Assembly: GCA_038087875.1 (NCBI GenBank)
Contig: CM075988.1
Span: 19,656,001 to 19,720,000 of the forward strand
Reading direction: 5' to 3'
From: Malacoraja senta
Lineage: Eukaryota
Length of the DNA stretch: 64,000 nucleotides
Both the position numbers and the translations under genes were made by a program. Numbering within the stretch: the stretch's first letter is position 1; each line of letters begins with the position of its first letter. Positions 1 to 12,386 of this stretch are shown piece by piece. The notes beneath the pieces were generated by a model. The model searched no databases, was not told where the DNA came from, and was given only the letters and a program-made list of their open reading frames with translations.

Positions 1-166
1 AATCTTGTTAACTATTTATATTAGCTTTAACGTTTTAAATTATTTAAATTTTTTTGAAGTGTTTGGAAGTAGTTTGCTATTTGCTTCTAAATTTTTAATA
101 GTATTATTTTTAATATGCACCTGTTATTTCAATTGTTACAAGATTATCAATATTTCTGACTGTCAG

Positions 167-260
167 ATGAATCCAAAGAGATTCAAAAAGACAAGGGGAT
201 TAAATATCGGCACAGCAGAGTTCCTGATTCTTCTGTCAAAGTATCTCTGCCTGTTTGTGG
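167..260 (+). CDS. Candidate internal exon of an unidentified plus-strand gene (ESKEIQKDKGIKYRHSRVPDSSVKVSLPVC)
   Basis: tttctgactgtcag acceptor, open frame (phase 1 in, phase 2 out), GG|gtgggt donor; unique sequence; no homolog recognised. Confidence 0.3.
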
Positions 261-391
261 GTGGGTGTGTCTGGATCACACCAAGTAGAGTCCTACAGGC
301 ATGTAGAGCTTCACCAGGAAGTTCTTAAAGCTTATCGTTGTCCAGAGAGATAGGATTGTCAAGAGAGTCAAGAGTGTTCTTTATTGTCACA

Positions 392-585
392 CTAGACCAA
401 GTGGGACCCGTTGGGTCCCTGTCACATGGGAGGCCTGGTCCCCCAACGCAACCCTTTCCCCAACGCAATATTGCACCATCAACCCGTAACCCCCAGGGGC
501 GAGGCGTGTTCCCCCAACTGAACCCGTTCCCGAACATAAGATCCCAGCACTCCCCTGCCTCCCTCAGCAGTGGACTTAAAATAAA
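392..585 (-). mobile_element. Helitron 3' end fragment
   Basis: Minus strand ends GGGACCCAACGGGTCCC hairpin followed by CTAG|T; same terminus as the element at 10379. Confidence 0.7.
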
Positions 586-785
586 ATTCCCATGCGATCT
601 AACCTTCCAAAGCAGCCTACCATGTGGAACCTTGTCAAATGCCTTACTGACATCCATGTATACAACATCTATAACTGCCCTCGTCGACCTTTTTGGTCAC
701 GTCTTCAAAAAAATCAATCAGATTTGTGAGACACGACCTCCCACATCTAAAACCATGCTGACTATCCCTAATCAGCCCTTGCCTG
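586..785 (-). mobile_element. CR1-type LINE reverse transcriptase fragment
   Basis: Translates to MDVSKAFDKVPHGRLLWKVRSHG, the typical CR1 RT motif. Confidence 0.85.
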
Positions 786-1647
786 TCCTTATTTGGAGGT
801 TGCAGTTTAATAGCCTGATAGCTGTGGGGATGTAGCTGTTCCTGAACCTGAATGTTAGTTTTCCAGTTTTCAATACAATTGTCCCTAATGCCTCTGAACG
901 TGCTTGTCTCCAGCAGAGAGTGCTAGCCGCTGTGGCTCAACCCATAGACCGGAGAATCCAGTCTGAAGAAGGGTCCCGACCCAATGCGCCACGTATTCAA
1001 GTTCTCCAGGGATTCTTCCTGACCGGCTGAGTTACTCCAGCACCGTCAGCTTCTGTGTTCAGCAAATCCTGATGCCAAGACTGAAATGTAAATCATCTTT
1101 GATTGCAGGCATGAAGAGGGAAGAGAAATACTGACCTTTCCATCACAGGTCATTTCTTGAATATAACGTAGGCAAATATTGTCCAAATGTTTATGTAAAT
1201 TGGTGCCCATTACGTGAGGTATAGCAACATTGCTTTCGGTGACTTTGAATCGAGGCCAAGTCTAACAGAGAGACTGAATTGCAAATCCTCCCATCATTAA
1301 GCCTCCCCAGCACCAAGACCCCTCACCCTGACATATATATACTCAGTTCTCAGATAAATGTGCACTGAACTTTAGGATCCTTTGAAATTGAAATATCTAA
1401 GGTGACGGCTGAGGCTGTGGATACTCCAGTGACCCACCTCCCACCACAGCACTATGGCTTTTCTGCTTACTCATGCTGATTGGGAGGAGGAGAACTGCAG
1501 TGCCCATCTGCACTTCAAACATTTGATGTGTCTTGTCCTTCTCCACTGCACGACTTTCAGAGCCACAATTCACCTCCTGTGAAGCAGACATTAACTCTGT
1601 GGAAGTCTCTCATGTCTCACGGCCGTTTCTCTTACATTCCATCAAAT

Positions 1648-1946
1648 TTAGTTTTCGTTTAGTTTAGTTGTGAGATAATGCGCGGAAACAGGCAATTTGG
1701 CCCACCGAGTCCGCACCGCCCGCACACTAACGCTATCCTGCACACAGCAGGGACAATTTATAATTATACCAGGCCAATGAACCCACAAACCCATACATCT
1801 TTGGAGTGTGGAAGGAAACCGGATATCCCAGAGAAACCCCACGCAGGTCACGTGGAGAACGTACAAACTTCGTACAGACAAGTACCCGAGCCCGGGTCTC
1901 TGGCGCTGTAAGGCAGAAACTCTATCGCTGTGCCACCGTGCTGCCC
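1648..1946 (-). mobile_element. tRNA-derived V-SINE (HE1-like), near full length
   Basis: tRNA-like head (GGGCAGCACGGTGGCACAGCG...), V-domain-like GTTTGTACGTTCTCC...GGTTTCCTTCCACA, CR1-like 3' tail and (CTAAA)n end. Confidence 0.85.
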
Positions 1947-2839
1947 AATATTAAATAATAATTAAATATTAAATCTTTAATGCCCACAGCCCTTCACTAT
2001 TTTGTAATCGTACACCAGAACGACCAAATCTGACGGTCCTTTGAAGATTATTGTTGAAATCAAGCTTTCCATAGAATCAACAAAAAAAACTGATTTCTGA
2101 AATAAGATCAAATAGATTAATTTCCGTATTGATCGCTTTGTTTCTTTAAAAGTTGCCAGATTCTGGGCTGGATCTCAGTGAGCCTGCAGCAAGCGTTAGA
2201 TGTCTCTGTATCATTATAGAAATATACAGCAAGGGGACAGGCTCTTCAGCCCATCTTGTCTCTGCTAACCTTCAAACACCTATTCATCACAATTTGTTCT
2301 CACCATTGTCCATGTGATGTCAAGTCGAGTTTATTGTCTATGCACAAGTACATTGAGGTTCTGGTGAATGAAAATTTGCGAGTGAATATTTTGGTTCTTG
2401 ATAAAGCTGTAGAATGGGGATTGAGGGAATCAACAGTGGTGGAGAAAAAGGGAATCACACAGAGTGCAAGACAAAGAGAACAGCACCATTGAATGTTTTT
2501 TGTCCAAATTTTAGCAAACTGTACCAATGTTAAAGTTATGATCTTGAAGCATCCTTAATTAAATGCAACCTATATCAAGGCTTTAGTGTGCTGTTACAAA
2601 AGTCAGATACCATTGCATCAAGGAATGATTTTCAATTTTGTGTGCATACAAATGGGGCATTGACAATATAACTCCAACAGGGCTCTTTGGGAGATACCAC
2701 ATTCATACCTCAAATTTGGCTGTGCACAGTAGTTCATTTTAATCTCGCTTTTGCTCCACATTGGCCTACAAGCATGTCCTAACCCATGAATCCATAACAC
2801 AGCCTATCCCAATGAAAACCAATGATAAATATTCCCCAG

Positions 2840-2880
2840 GAGTTTACCCACTCAGGGCTGCTCAACTCTGATGTTCAAAG
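2840..2880 (+). CDS. Candidate 41-nt exon (SLPTQGCSTLMFK)
   Basis: attccccag acceptor and strong AAG|gtgagg donor; phase 2 in, phase 1 out, fitting the neighbouring candidates. Confidence 0.3.
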
Positions 2881-3503
2881 GTGAGGTTCACAAACTTCTC
2901 CAGAACTAGTGAGAAATGTTCAACACCCTGGGAGACTACACACCAGAACCTTAATTTCAGTGGTGGAACTCCAGTGTGCAAGTGATGCTCTTGTTTGTGC
3001 AAGCCATGAGATTGATCACTAAACCATCGCCAACTCATTCACTGAAGCATATGAGATGATTGGTTTTACATTCAAGGTCCACAAGACTACAGTCAACACT
3101 GCCCTTTGACAACAAAGGTTCACAACAACAATCTGCAGAATGAGAGTGTGTTTTCCCTCTTGAGGGAATACAGAATTAGGGGCTGCACTTTTAAAACAAG
3201 GGGTTTCACACTTTCAACTGAGATTTTAGTTTTGTTTGGTTTAGAGATACAGTAAGAAAACAGACCCTTCCCCCCACCGTGTCCGCAGTAGTTCGATCCT
3301 ACATGACTAAGGACAATTTACAGAAGCCAATTAACCTACAAACCAGCATGTCTTTGGAATGTGGGAAGAAACAAGAACACCCAGAGAAAATCCACGCAGT
3401 CACAGGGAGAACATGCAAACTCTGTGAGGCCCAAGATGAGGATATTCTTCCCTCAGGGGTCACTGTACCTTTACATCTCACCGACCAGGGAGTTGTGGTG
3501 GCT

Positions 3504-4232
3504 GGTAGACAAAAGTGCTGGAGAAATTCAGCGGGTGCAGCAGCATCTATGGAGCGAAGGAAATAGGCAGCGTTTTGGGCCGAAACCCTTCTTCAGACTG
3601 ATGGAGGGTGGGGGGGGGGGGGCGGGGCAGGGAGATGAAAGGAAAATGGAAGAGGAGGAGCCCAAGGGCTGAGGGAGACCTGAGAAGGGGAGGAGACAGC
3701 AAGGGCCACCGGAAATTGGAGAATTCAATGTTTATGCCGCTAGGGTGCAGACTGCCCAAGCGGAATATGAGGTGCTGGCTATGAGACTTTCCGGTGGTGC
3801 TCACTCTGGCCATGGAGGAGGCCCAGGACAGAGATGTCAGATTTGGAATGGGAGAGGGAGTGCTGAGAGGGAGAGGGAGGTCAGATTGGTTAATGCGGAC
3901 CGAGCGGAGGTGTTCGGCGAAACGATCGCCAAGCCTACGCTTGGTCTCACCGATGAGATCAGCTGACATCTAGAGCAGCGGATGCAATAGATGATGTTGG
4001 AGGAGATGCAGGTGAACCTCTGTCACACCTGGAATGACTGTTTGGGTCCTTGAATGGAGTCGAGGGGGGAAGTAAAGCGACAAGTGTAGCATCTCTTGCG
4101 GTTGCAAGGGAAAGTGCCCGGGGAGGGGGTGGTGCGGGAGGGAAGGGAAGAATTGACAAGGGAGTTACGGAGGGAGCGATCTTTGCGGAAAGCAGACAGG
4201 GGGGAGATGGGAAGGTGTGGCGAGTGGTGGCT
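3504..4232 (-). mobile_element. Penelope-like retroelement 3' portion (GIY-YIG endonuclease remnant plus terminal repeat)
   Basis: Encodes IGETKRRLGDRFAEHLRSVR and QHLIFRLGSLHPSGINIEFSNF, with frameshifts; followed by the CTGAAGAAGGG...terminal repeat ending TTTTGTCTACC. Confidence 0.85.
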
Positions 4233-4990
4233 GAGTCATTGAGATTCTTCAAGGCAGCGATCAACTGAGACGTAGTCACTGGGAACAACCACTAGAATGG
4301 AACTGAGGCCAAGACCAACCATCCATGTTGATATGGAACGACTGGACATATCTGAGTAACCTACATGTGGTTGATTCCTGCTGCTTTCTCATATGGCAAA
4401 ATGGGATCAGATCACTGTGACCATAAATAAATGTTCCAATGTCTGGCTTTTTCACAAGTGCTTGACATCAGGCTGCCTTCCATAAGCAAGCTACTTGACG
4501 CTGGTTGTAGGATGGGTAGTTTGGCAAAGGCTGGATGTGAAAAGATTAATCAGTACAAATCAAGGAAATCAACTCCTAGAAATTGAAACTACAAGGCGCA
4601 ATTTAAAGTTACAGTACTTCTTGTTGATTTAACTCTCAATTCAGTTGGATTTTCCATCTCGACCAATGTAATTAATTAATGAAAGAAACGGATTCATTTG
4701 TGTGGCTCCGATTGTTTATTGAAAAAACTTATTAAACTATATTCCAGCAAATAAATAAATTCCAGGAGCCTTACTTAAACAAGAGAAACTGTGTTTTATT
4801 AAATCGCTTTATCATATCACACGTAATATACAATTATGTTGGAATAATTCAGTATGAATTATATTTTATCAATGACCTTTCAGCCAAAGACAAGCCAAGA
4901 TTGGATTGTGAGCTAAATGGAAAAGTAGTGATTATCATTGTTTATATATCTTTGTATCTTGCATTAGTTTGAAAATTGTCTTATTTGTAG

Positions 4991-5118
4991 ATCAAGAGAC
5001 GAGGGGACATCATAATCAAACGGTATGAACGTTGACTGATGCACAGTAGATTACAGAGTGTGAAATAATCAGAAACAATTTCAGGCCTTGCATTTTTCAG
5101 GTGATGCAGTATTGGTAG
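4991..5118 (+). CDS. Candidate last two exons (4991-5022, 5101-5118): DQETRGHHNQT-VMQYW*
   Basis: ttatttgtag/CG|gtatga exon, 78-nt intron, catttttcag acceptor, TAG stop, AATAAA at 5259-5264. Confidence 0.35.
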
Positions 5119-6798
5119 GACAAATCATTGGCGTACACTTTGATGAGAATTTGTATAAACAGGAATTGCCTTATATCTCCACATGCTGTAATGTCTTACC
5201 TTATTGTCCAGGCTGTTTCCAACCAAGATTAAGTAAATTGGAAAGAAATAGTGGTTTGAATAAAGTCTCTGCGGAAGTGACAGTGATAAATGATGCAGAG
5301 CTGAGCACAGCGAGATTGCTGCTGCTCTGTACATTTCAACCTGCTTTCATTTCTGCCTGTGCAACAGAATAACTTGACAATTTACACTGCATTTTGTAAA
5401 GGGGAAACAAAATAAGTGGGAGATATTCTGCAAAATCGCAGCAACTTCATTTTACTTCTTAAACATGCCCCAGGATTCCTGCAAACAAAACGTTCCAATA
5501 TTGCGAATAAATAATATGAAAGTCAGAGACCCGTTTGGAATGTTCAGGCTTTTGCAGAAAATATTGCGGGCTTTTTCCATTGGCGAATGAAGTCTTGGAT
5601 GTGAAATTTGACAGCCCGGGTCTTCTGCTGCCCTGAGAGAGGTTCCATATTATAGGTTGCTGAACTTTCATTGGCTTTCACCAGAGAATAATGACTAGTT
5701 CCATCCTCTGATTCTGGATTGCACCACCAGACAATTACAATGGACGACCTATTGCACTATCATGGACTTGCTTGTCCTAAAAATAAACTACTGGAGGAAC
5801 TCAGGGGGTCAAGTCGCATCTGTGGAGGCAATCAAGTCTGAGGAAAGGTCTGACCTGAATTGTCATCTGTGCTTTTCCTTCCACGGATACTGCCTGGCCC
5901 GTTGAGTTTTTCCAGCACATTATAGTTAGGGCATCTCCCTTCCAATTCAGCTCCGGATTCCTGCATCTTCAGTTCCTAGTGTCTTGTAAATGTTTCTAAT
6001 TGTGTTCCCTGATGGGTTTTTTTAATTCTTCTTACTGTCTACCAGAATGTAGGTGTCATTTATGTATAATTTGTGTTGTTTTGTCTTTGTCTTAGTCTGT
6101 CTGCTAACGCAAGTAAGATTTTTCATTGTACCTGTGCTTTTCTGCACACGTACATACGGTAGGTTAATTGGCCTCTGTAAAATTCTCCCTGGTGTGTAGG
6201 GAATGGATGCATAAGTGGGATAACATTGGACCAGTATGAACAGGTGATCGATGGTCAGATGGACTCAGTGGGACGGAGGGTCTGTATCTCTAAACTAAGC
6301 TTAATTATGGCCAACCTATCTCTGTCATGTCCCTAGTGTCCACGTGGGATCTGCTCTGGGAGCCGCTCGCTAAATTGCACTCCACTTAGCAGCAGGTAGT
6401 TCCAATCCTCTAACGATGGTGAGAGGGGAACAACAACATTCTCTGCATGTCTGATGTGAGATTACCAATGGTTCACAGCAGAGTGTGGAGTGGGTATTCA
6501 AAGTCACAGCTTGTACACGCCCAGGTATACAAACGTACACATTAGGTCTCAGACTCACTCAGAGATTTGTTTAGTTTAGTTTATTGTCAAGTGTATAGTG
6601 AAAAGCTTTTGTTGTGTGCTAGCCAGTCAGCAAAAAGACAATACATGAGTACAATTCAGCCATCCACAGTGTACAGATACATGATAAAGGGAATAACATG
6701 AATAATGTTTAGTGCAAGATAAAGTTCAGTAAAGTCTGATCAAAGATAGTCCAACGGTCCCCAATGAGGGAGATAGGAGCCCAGGACTGCTCTCTAGT

Positions 6799-6891
6799 CT
6801 GAAGAAGGGTTTCGGCCTGAAACTTTGCCTATTTCCTTCGCTCCATAGATGCTGCTGCACCCGCTGAGTTTCACCAGCACTTTTGTCTACC
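6799..6891 (+). mobile_element. Solo Penelope terminal-repeat unit with hammerhead-like core, inserted in an older LINE tail
   Basis: Flanked by direct repeat ACTGCTCTCTAGT (6786-6798 and 6892-6904). Confidence 0.75.
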
Positions 6892-7895
6892 ACTGCTCTC
6901 TAGTTGTTGGTAGGATGGTTCAGTTGCCTTGGTTTTACTTTTGTCAGGAGTACCAAGATTTGTTTGTGATTTATTTGGATTGTGAGCTAACCAGTCAAAT
7001 CACATCACACTGTACCACCGTGCATTTAATGAAGAGATTGGGGATCTGATTGCAACCTCCACTCCACATTCCCATCTGCCTGTGGTAACCTTTCACCTCT
7101 TTACTTATCAACTATCAAACACCTCTCCCTTAAAAATATTCAAATATTCACAATTGCAATCTAATATTAATTTGCAGAGACAGAAATAAACAACTAGACA
7201 TGACTGAATTTCCAGACCAATGGATTTCCAGAGCCATTGAATATCAATATAGATATTTGCTCCATAGATGCTGCCTCACCCACTGAGTTTCTCCAGCATT
7301 TTTGTCTACCTTCGATTTTCCCAGTATCTGCAGTTTTCTTAAACAAAATATAGAAAATTAATTCACGTGTTTCTATCAAATTTTCTTTGCTAGGAAGTAA
7401 TACTTTTTTTACAGTTAAAATATCAAAATTAAAACATTCATTGACAGTCTATTTATCCTACCTTTCTGAAAAAATGCAAAATTGCATAAATTGTACAGAG
7501 GAATCAATCACCTAAAATATCGCCATCAGAATGAAAGCATCTGTCAATGCAATCCCGATGTAAAACTAAAGGTTCTGCTGAAGTAACTCAGCGGGTCAGG
7601 CAATATTTCTGGAGGACATGGACAGGCAATGTTTCAAGTCGGACCTTTCTTCAAAATCAATTTATTATTTTCATGTGTCCTGAGATGCTGTCTTACCTGC
7701 TGAGTTACCCCAGCACTTTATGTTTTACCATACAGCAAGGAAACAGGTCCTTCAACCCAGCTTGCCCATGCCAACCAAGGTGCCCATCTACATGAATCCC
7801 AGTTGCCGACATTTGACCCATATCCTTCTAAACGATTCCTATCCTTACATTTGGATGTAAGCAGGAAAACAGTCACAAATTATTGTATTCCCCCA

Positions 7896-8088
7896 TAGTA
7901 GCGATGTTACAAAACTTACCTTCAGCAGCGCTGCAGTTCTGCCGCTGGTCGTGTGCACGACTTTGGCGCCTTTGGGGGGGAGGGTGGGATTAAAATGCCG
8001 TTTTCTCCTGCTTTTCGGAGGCGGATTTCCTCGGGCTTTTTTGCAGACTTGATTTTTTAAATTTCAAAATTTTGTAACATTGCTACCA
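7896..8088. mobile_element. MITE / internally deleted DNA transposon
   Basis: 19-bp terminal inverted repeats TAGTAGCGATGTTACAAAA / TTTTGTAACATTGCTACCA (17/19 match); left part homologous to 9422 onward. Confidence 0.75.
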
Positions 8089-8224
8089 ATTAGAAATGAA
8101 AACAGCCTAGGTTTAGGTTTAGGTTTAGTTTAGGTTTACTATTGTCCCCTGCACCGAGGAACAGCCTTGTCTTGCATGCTATCCAAACAGCTTGGATTTC
8201 CTCTGCTCCTTATTCCACATAATG

Positions 8225-8503
8225 GTGGCATGATGGTGCAAAGGTAGAGCTGCTGTCTTACAGCGCCAGAAACCTGGGTTCAATCGTGACTATGGATGCT
8301 ATCTATGTGGACTTTACACGTTCTCCTTGTGACTGTGCAGGTTTCCTTCAGGTGCTCCGGTTTCCTCCCACATTCCAAAAGATGTGCAGATTTGTAGGTT
8401 AATTGGTTTCAGTAACTTGGTCCAAGTGTGTTGGAGGCAAAACTGGGATAACATAGAACGAGTATACAGGTGATTGTTGGTCGGTCCAGACGGCATGGGT
8501 CGA
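8225..8503 (+). mobile_element. HE1-like V-SINE
   Basis: Same head, V-domain and tail layout as the other copies. Confidence 0.8.
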
Positions 8504-9421
8504 AGTTTGATGTTTGATGCTTTGAGATCAAACATTCACTTTGAAGAGCAGTTCCCACCATTAACAGATGATGTTGACGCATCAGTAGAATACGGGACAG
8601 AGCCCAATGCATTGAGACTGCCTGAGAACCACCCACTTCCTTCACACGAGGAGTGGCTTAACTAAAGGAGCAAAGCAGTTTCTATTAAAACTACACAAAT
8701 GTTAACTCAACAAAATGTTTCAAAGGCACATTATGCAAAGTTATATATGTTTATGCATTTTAGAAGCACTAATTTAGACATAAGCACAACAGCATGATTT
8801 TACTATTAATTAATCCTCATAAATATGCAAATACAAACAGTTAAATTCTGATAAATGCATAAACAGATTGCCAAGTAATTTTATGCTTTGATCTTTGATA
8901 GGCCGGTTACAGAAAAAGAGTTAAATTGTGTCATTTGCTATACAATCCATTTAATCCCCTATTATGTAATTCAATCGAAACAAAAACATATTTCATACAT
9001 AAATGATGCCTTCTGAAGTATTTCTAGCCGAGATTTGCCATTGAAAGGAGGCTTTGATTAACTTGAATGTGTTTTTAAATATTTTGAACTGATGTCTCAC
9101 TCTTTTGAAGAGAATCTGCCACTCATTGTTAACCAACAGATGTTTATCTAAACCCCTCAGCAGATGTAGGTTCCTAGTTAGCAGGCAGGAGGTGGGGAGC
9201 CTGGGATTTATCCGTCTTAGCAAATAAGAATAGGAAAATAGATTGATGTACCTGGTTTATGCATATCGGAGACGGTGCCTCAGAAAGGCAGCCAATATCA
9301 TCAGAGACCCACACCTACCTTGGCTACGATCCCATCTCACTTCTACCATCGGGTAGGAGGTACAGGAGAAGCCTGTGAACCATGACCTCCAGTTGGAAAT
9401 ACGGCTTATTTCCAGCAACCA

Positions 9422-10274
9422 TTAGTAGGTATGTTACAATACTTACCTTCAGCAGTGCTGCAATTCTGCCACTGGCCGTGTGCGCGATTTTGGCGCCTTT
9501 AACGGGGGGGGCGGGGTTAAACGCAGGTTTCTCCTACCTTGTCCTGGTTAATATTTCGTTGGAGTACAAGCGTTTGCTGAAAAATCGTTCCTACGGGCGT
9601 TTTGTGTATTTTTTATTTTTATTGGATCGACAATGTCAGCGCTGGAGTCATTTTAAAATCAGCTTCTGAAGCCATCAACGCCGACAACGGGGACGGATTT
9701 CACACATGGGACAGGTAAACGAAAGTAGTTTATTTTAATGTATAAAAGTGCTTCTTAAGAAGCCTTTAATTCCCATTTTTTAATGCGAAACGGTCATTCT
9801 TTTCCCCGAACTAACGGCAGAATTTTTCATGCTGATACGGAGTTAAATTCACCGCAAATCAACGTTCCAATTGATCGCGTTGATTCGCATTCGAATATTC
9901 GAACCATTCGCAAGATGATTTAAATGCCCATTAATTTACAGGTATTAAACTTTAAATTCCTTCCATTTGGCCTGTAAATCCATGACAATGAGATTAAAAA
10001 ATTATGTTATATTGTGAATTCTTGTGTGAATGTTATTTGGACACTTAGGCTATTTAAAAATGTTAATCTATTCTTAAGAAATTGATAGATGTTTAGATCT
10101 AGTAATTGAATTTTGTAATTATCTACAATTAGGTAACTAACTAATTATATGCTTTAATTTCATGTCATCTAAGTAAGATTGTTTCATATTTGTTTCAGAA
10201 TGCTTCAATCTATAATAACTGAAAATGTCTTTCAGTTCTCTTCATTTTTAAGAAAGTTATGGGCTTTTGACTGT
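9422..10274. mobile_element. Non-autonomous DNA transposon, right end missing
   Basis: Begins TAGTAGGTATGTTACAATACTTACCTTCAGCAG, shared with the MITE at 7896. Confidence 0.65.
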
Positions 10275-10378
10275 GATTTGCTATGGACTGTGTCTTTGGT
10301 TGCACCATGAAGCTCAGTTGTGCACTGTTATGTTTATTTGGCATTACAGTCATTAATTCATTGTATTTTTGTTTATTA

Positions 10379-11690
10379 CTAGACTGGGTGCGGACCCGTT
10401 GGGCCAGTCCCACAAGGCAATGTTCCACCACAGCCCCCAACTGCGCAGGCACAGCTGACCGTTGTGACGTGAGTCACGGCAACCCTCCCCAACTGCGCAT
10501 GAGCGGCCGGCAAGTGGGAGCGCGACTGCGATGTTTGTAAAGTTCAAAATGGCAATAACCTGTAAAATATATGATAAATGTGAATGCATCTCACTCCCTC
10601 TTCAGTCCCCATTAACCTCCCTCTCCCCACCCTCCACCAACCCTCCTCTGCTTCCTCCCCTCACCCCTCCCTCCCTTCCTCCCTCTCCCCTCCTCCATCA
10701 CCTCGCCATCCCTCTTCCTACCCCTATCCTCCACCATTCCCCCTCATCCCCCAGCACTCCCTCCCCCTCCTCTTAAAGCTCCTTCTTCTTTCCCCTCTCC
10801 TCCTCCCCTCCCCCACTCCCTCCCTCACCTCTCCCTTCCTCTCATTTTCCCTACCCTCAGTCACCCCCTCCCTCCCTCCATAACCCTTCTCCCCTCCCTA
10901 CCCCCTCCTCTCCATCCCCTGCTCCCCCACTCCTCACCTTCCCTTATCCTACCCCCCCACTCTCCCTCCTCAACTCCCCCACTGCCCTCCTCTCCCCCCA
11001 CCCCCACTCCCTACCTCCCCCACTCCCCCCTCCTCTCCCTCTATCTACCCTCCTCCCCCACTCTCCCTCCTCACCTCCCCCACTTTCCCCTCCCTCTCCC
11101 TCCCTACCCCTCTCCTCTCCCTCTACCCCCCTGCTCCCCCACCCCTGAGCTCCCCCTATCCCACGCCCCCCCACAATGAAAACTGCAATGGTTTTTTTAA
11201 ATGAAACTTCCCCCATATCCCACCCCCCACAATGGAAATCGCGATGTTTAAAAAAAAAAAAGATTCTTAATGAAAATCGGGTTTTTTCTTTAACCTAAAC
11301 ACAGTTAGCTGTTAATGAAAGCAGAAAAAATTGATTAAAACAGTGTTTATTTTAGAATAAAATCAATGTCAATGAAAATCGCGATTTGTTATGTAAATGA
11401 AATTCGGGATCCCATTGTGATGTAAATTGCGACTGAAGGGCAGGGCAAGTGGAAAAGTGGTTTTGTAAAGTGTTTTTTTGTAAAGTTTAAAATGTGAATA
11501 ACTTGTAAAATATAACATCAATCTGAACGAAACTTGGCTATTGCACACCCCAGGACAATGGTGAGTAAGATGGGCCAAAAATTGTAGCACTATCGTATAC
11601 CTTTTTGGCTGTGTTTTGGGAAATCACTCACACGCATACAAACAAACAAACATATAAACAAACAAGATGAGAGTTTTAGTAATATATGGA
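10379..11690 (-). mobile_element. Non-autonomous Helitron
   Basis: Minus strand starts TC and ends with an imperfect hairpin then CTAG; inserted between A and T with no TSD; removing it rejoins the host LINE tail (ttatta|tatccttatc); (CAAA)n near the 5' end. Confidence 0.8.
10590..11230. repeat. C-rich polypyrimidine low-complexity tract
   Basis: Roughly 600 bp dominated by C and T on the + strand. Confidence 0.9.
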
Positions 11691-12114
11691 TATCCTTATC
11701 TCTGTGTTATTGCTTTTAAGGACCTGTTAAGCTGCAGTAAGTAAGAATTTCTTTGTTCCATTGCCAGAACATGTAACAATTAAACACTCTTGAATCTGGA
11801 CGGACCTTTGCAGATTGAACGCATGTTTGGTCATTGAGAGGCATATATACTCTAGGTAGACAGTCAGATTCTTTCCCTTGAGTATAAATGTCAGACTAGA
11901 GAGAGTAGCTTTATAGTCAGAGAAGGAAAGTTTAAATGAGATATGCTGGGCAATTTATAACACCTAGAGTTGTGAGTGCCTGGTATACACTGCCACGGGT
12001 AGTGGTGGAGGCAGATACAATAATGGCATTTAAGATAGCCACGTGGATACGTAAGGAATGGAGGGTTGTGAACACGTGCATGCACAGGAGATTGGTTTAA
12101 CTTGTTTTTTTAAA

Positions 12115-12386
12115 TATACAGATACAGCATGGAAACAAGCCCTTTGGCCCACCAAGTCCATGCCACCCAATGATCACCCGTGCACTAGTTCTATCCTACA
12201 CACCAGGGACAATTTGCAGAAGCCAATAAACCTACAAACCTGCACATCTTTGGAATGTGGTAGGAAACCAGAGTAGCCAGAGAAAACCCACACGGTCACA
12301 GGGAGAACATACAAACTCCATGCAGACAGGACCTGTAGTCAGGATCAAACCCGGGTCTCTAGCGCTGTAAGGCAGCATCTCTACCA
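12115..12386 (-). mobile_element. HE1-like V-SINE inserted in a CR1 3' fragment (about 11840-12525, +)
   Basis: SINE consensus match; CR1 3' UTR continues on both sides. Confidence 0.8.

Larger units (their letters stand above)
9260..11792 (+). mobile_element. Rex1/Babar-like LINE 3' fragment interrupted by two insertions
   Basis: GRRYR...TSSWKYGLFPATI motif, then 3' UTR pieces at 10275-10378 and 11691-11792 that match the uninterrupted copy at 35860-36505. Confidence 0.65.

Noticed and set aside
10531..11216. Pro/Ser-rich and Gly/Glu-rich ORFs
   Set aside because: They come from the low-complexity tract inside the Helitron
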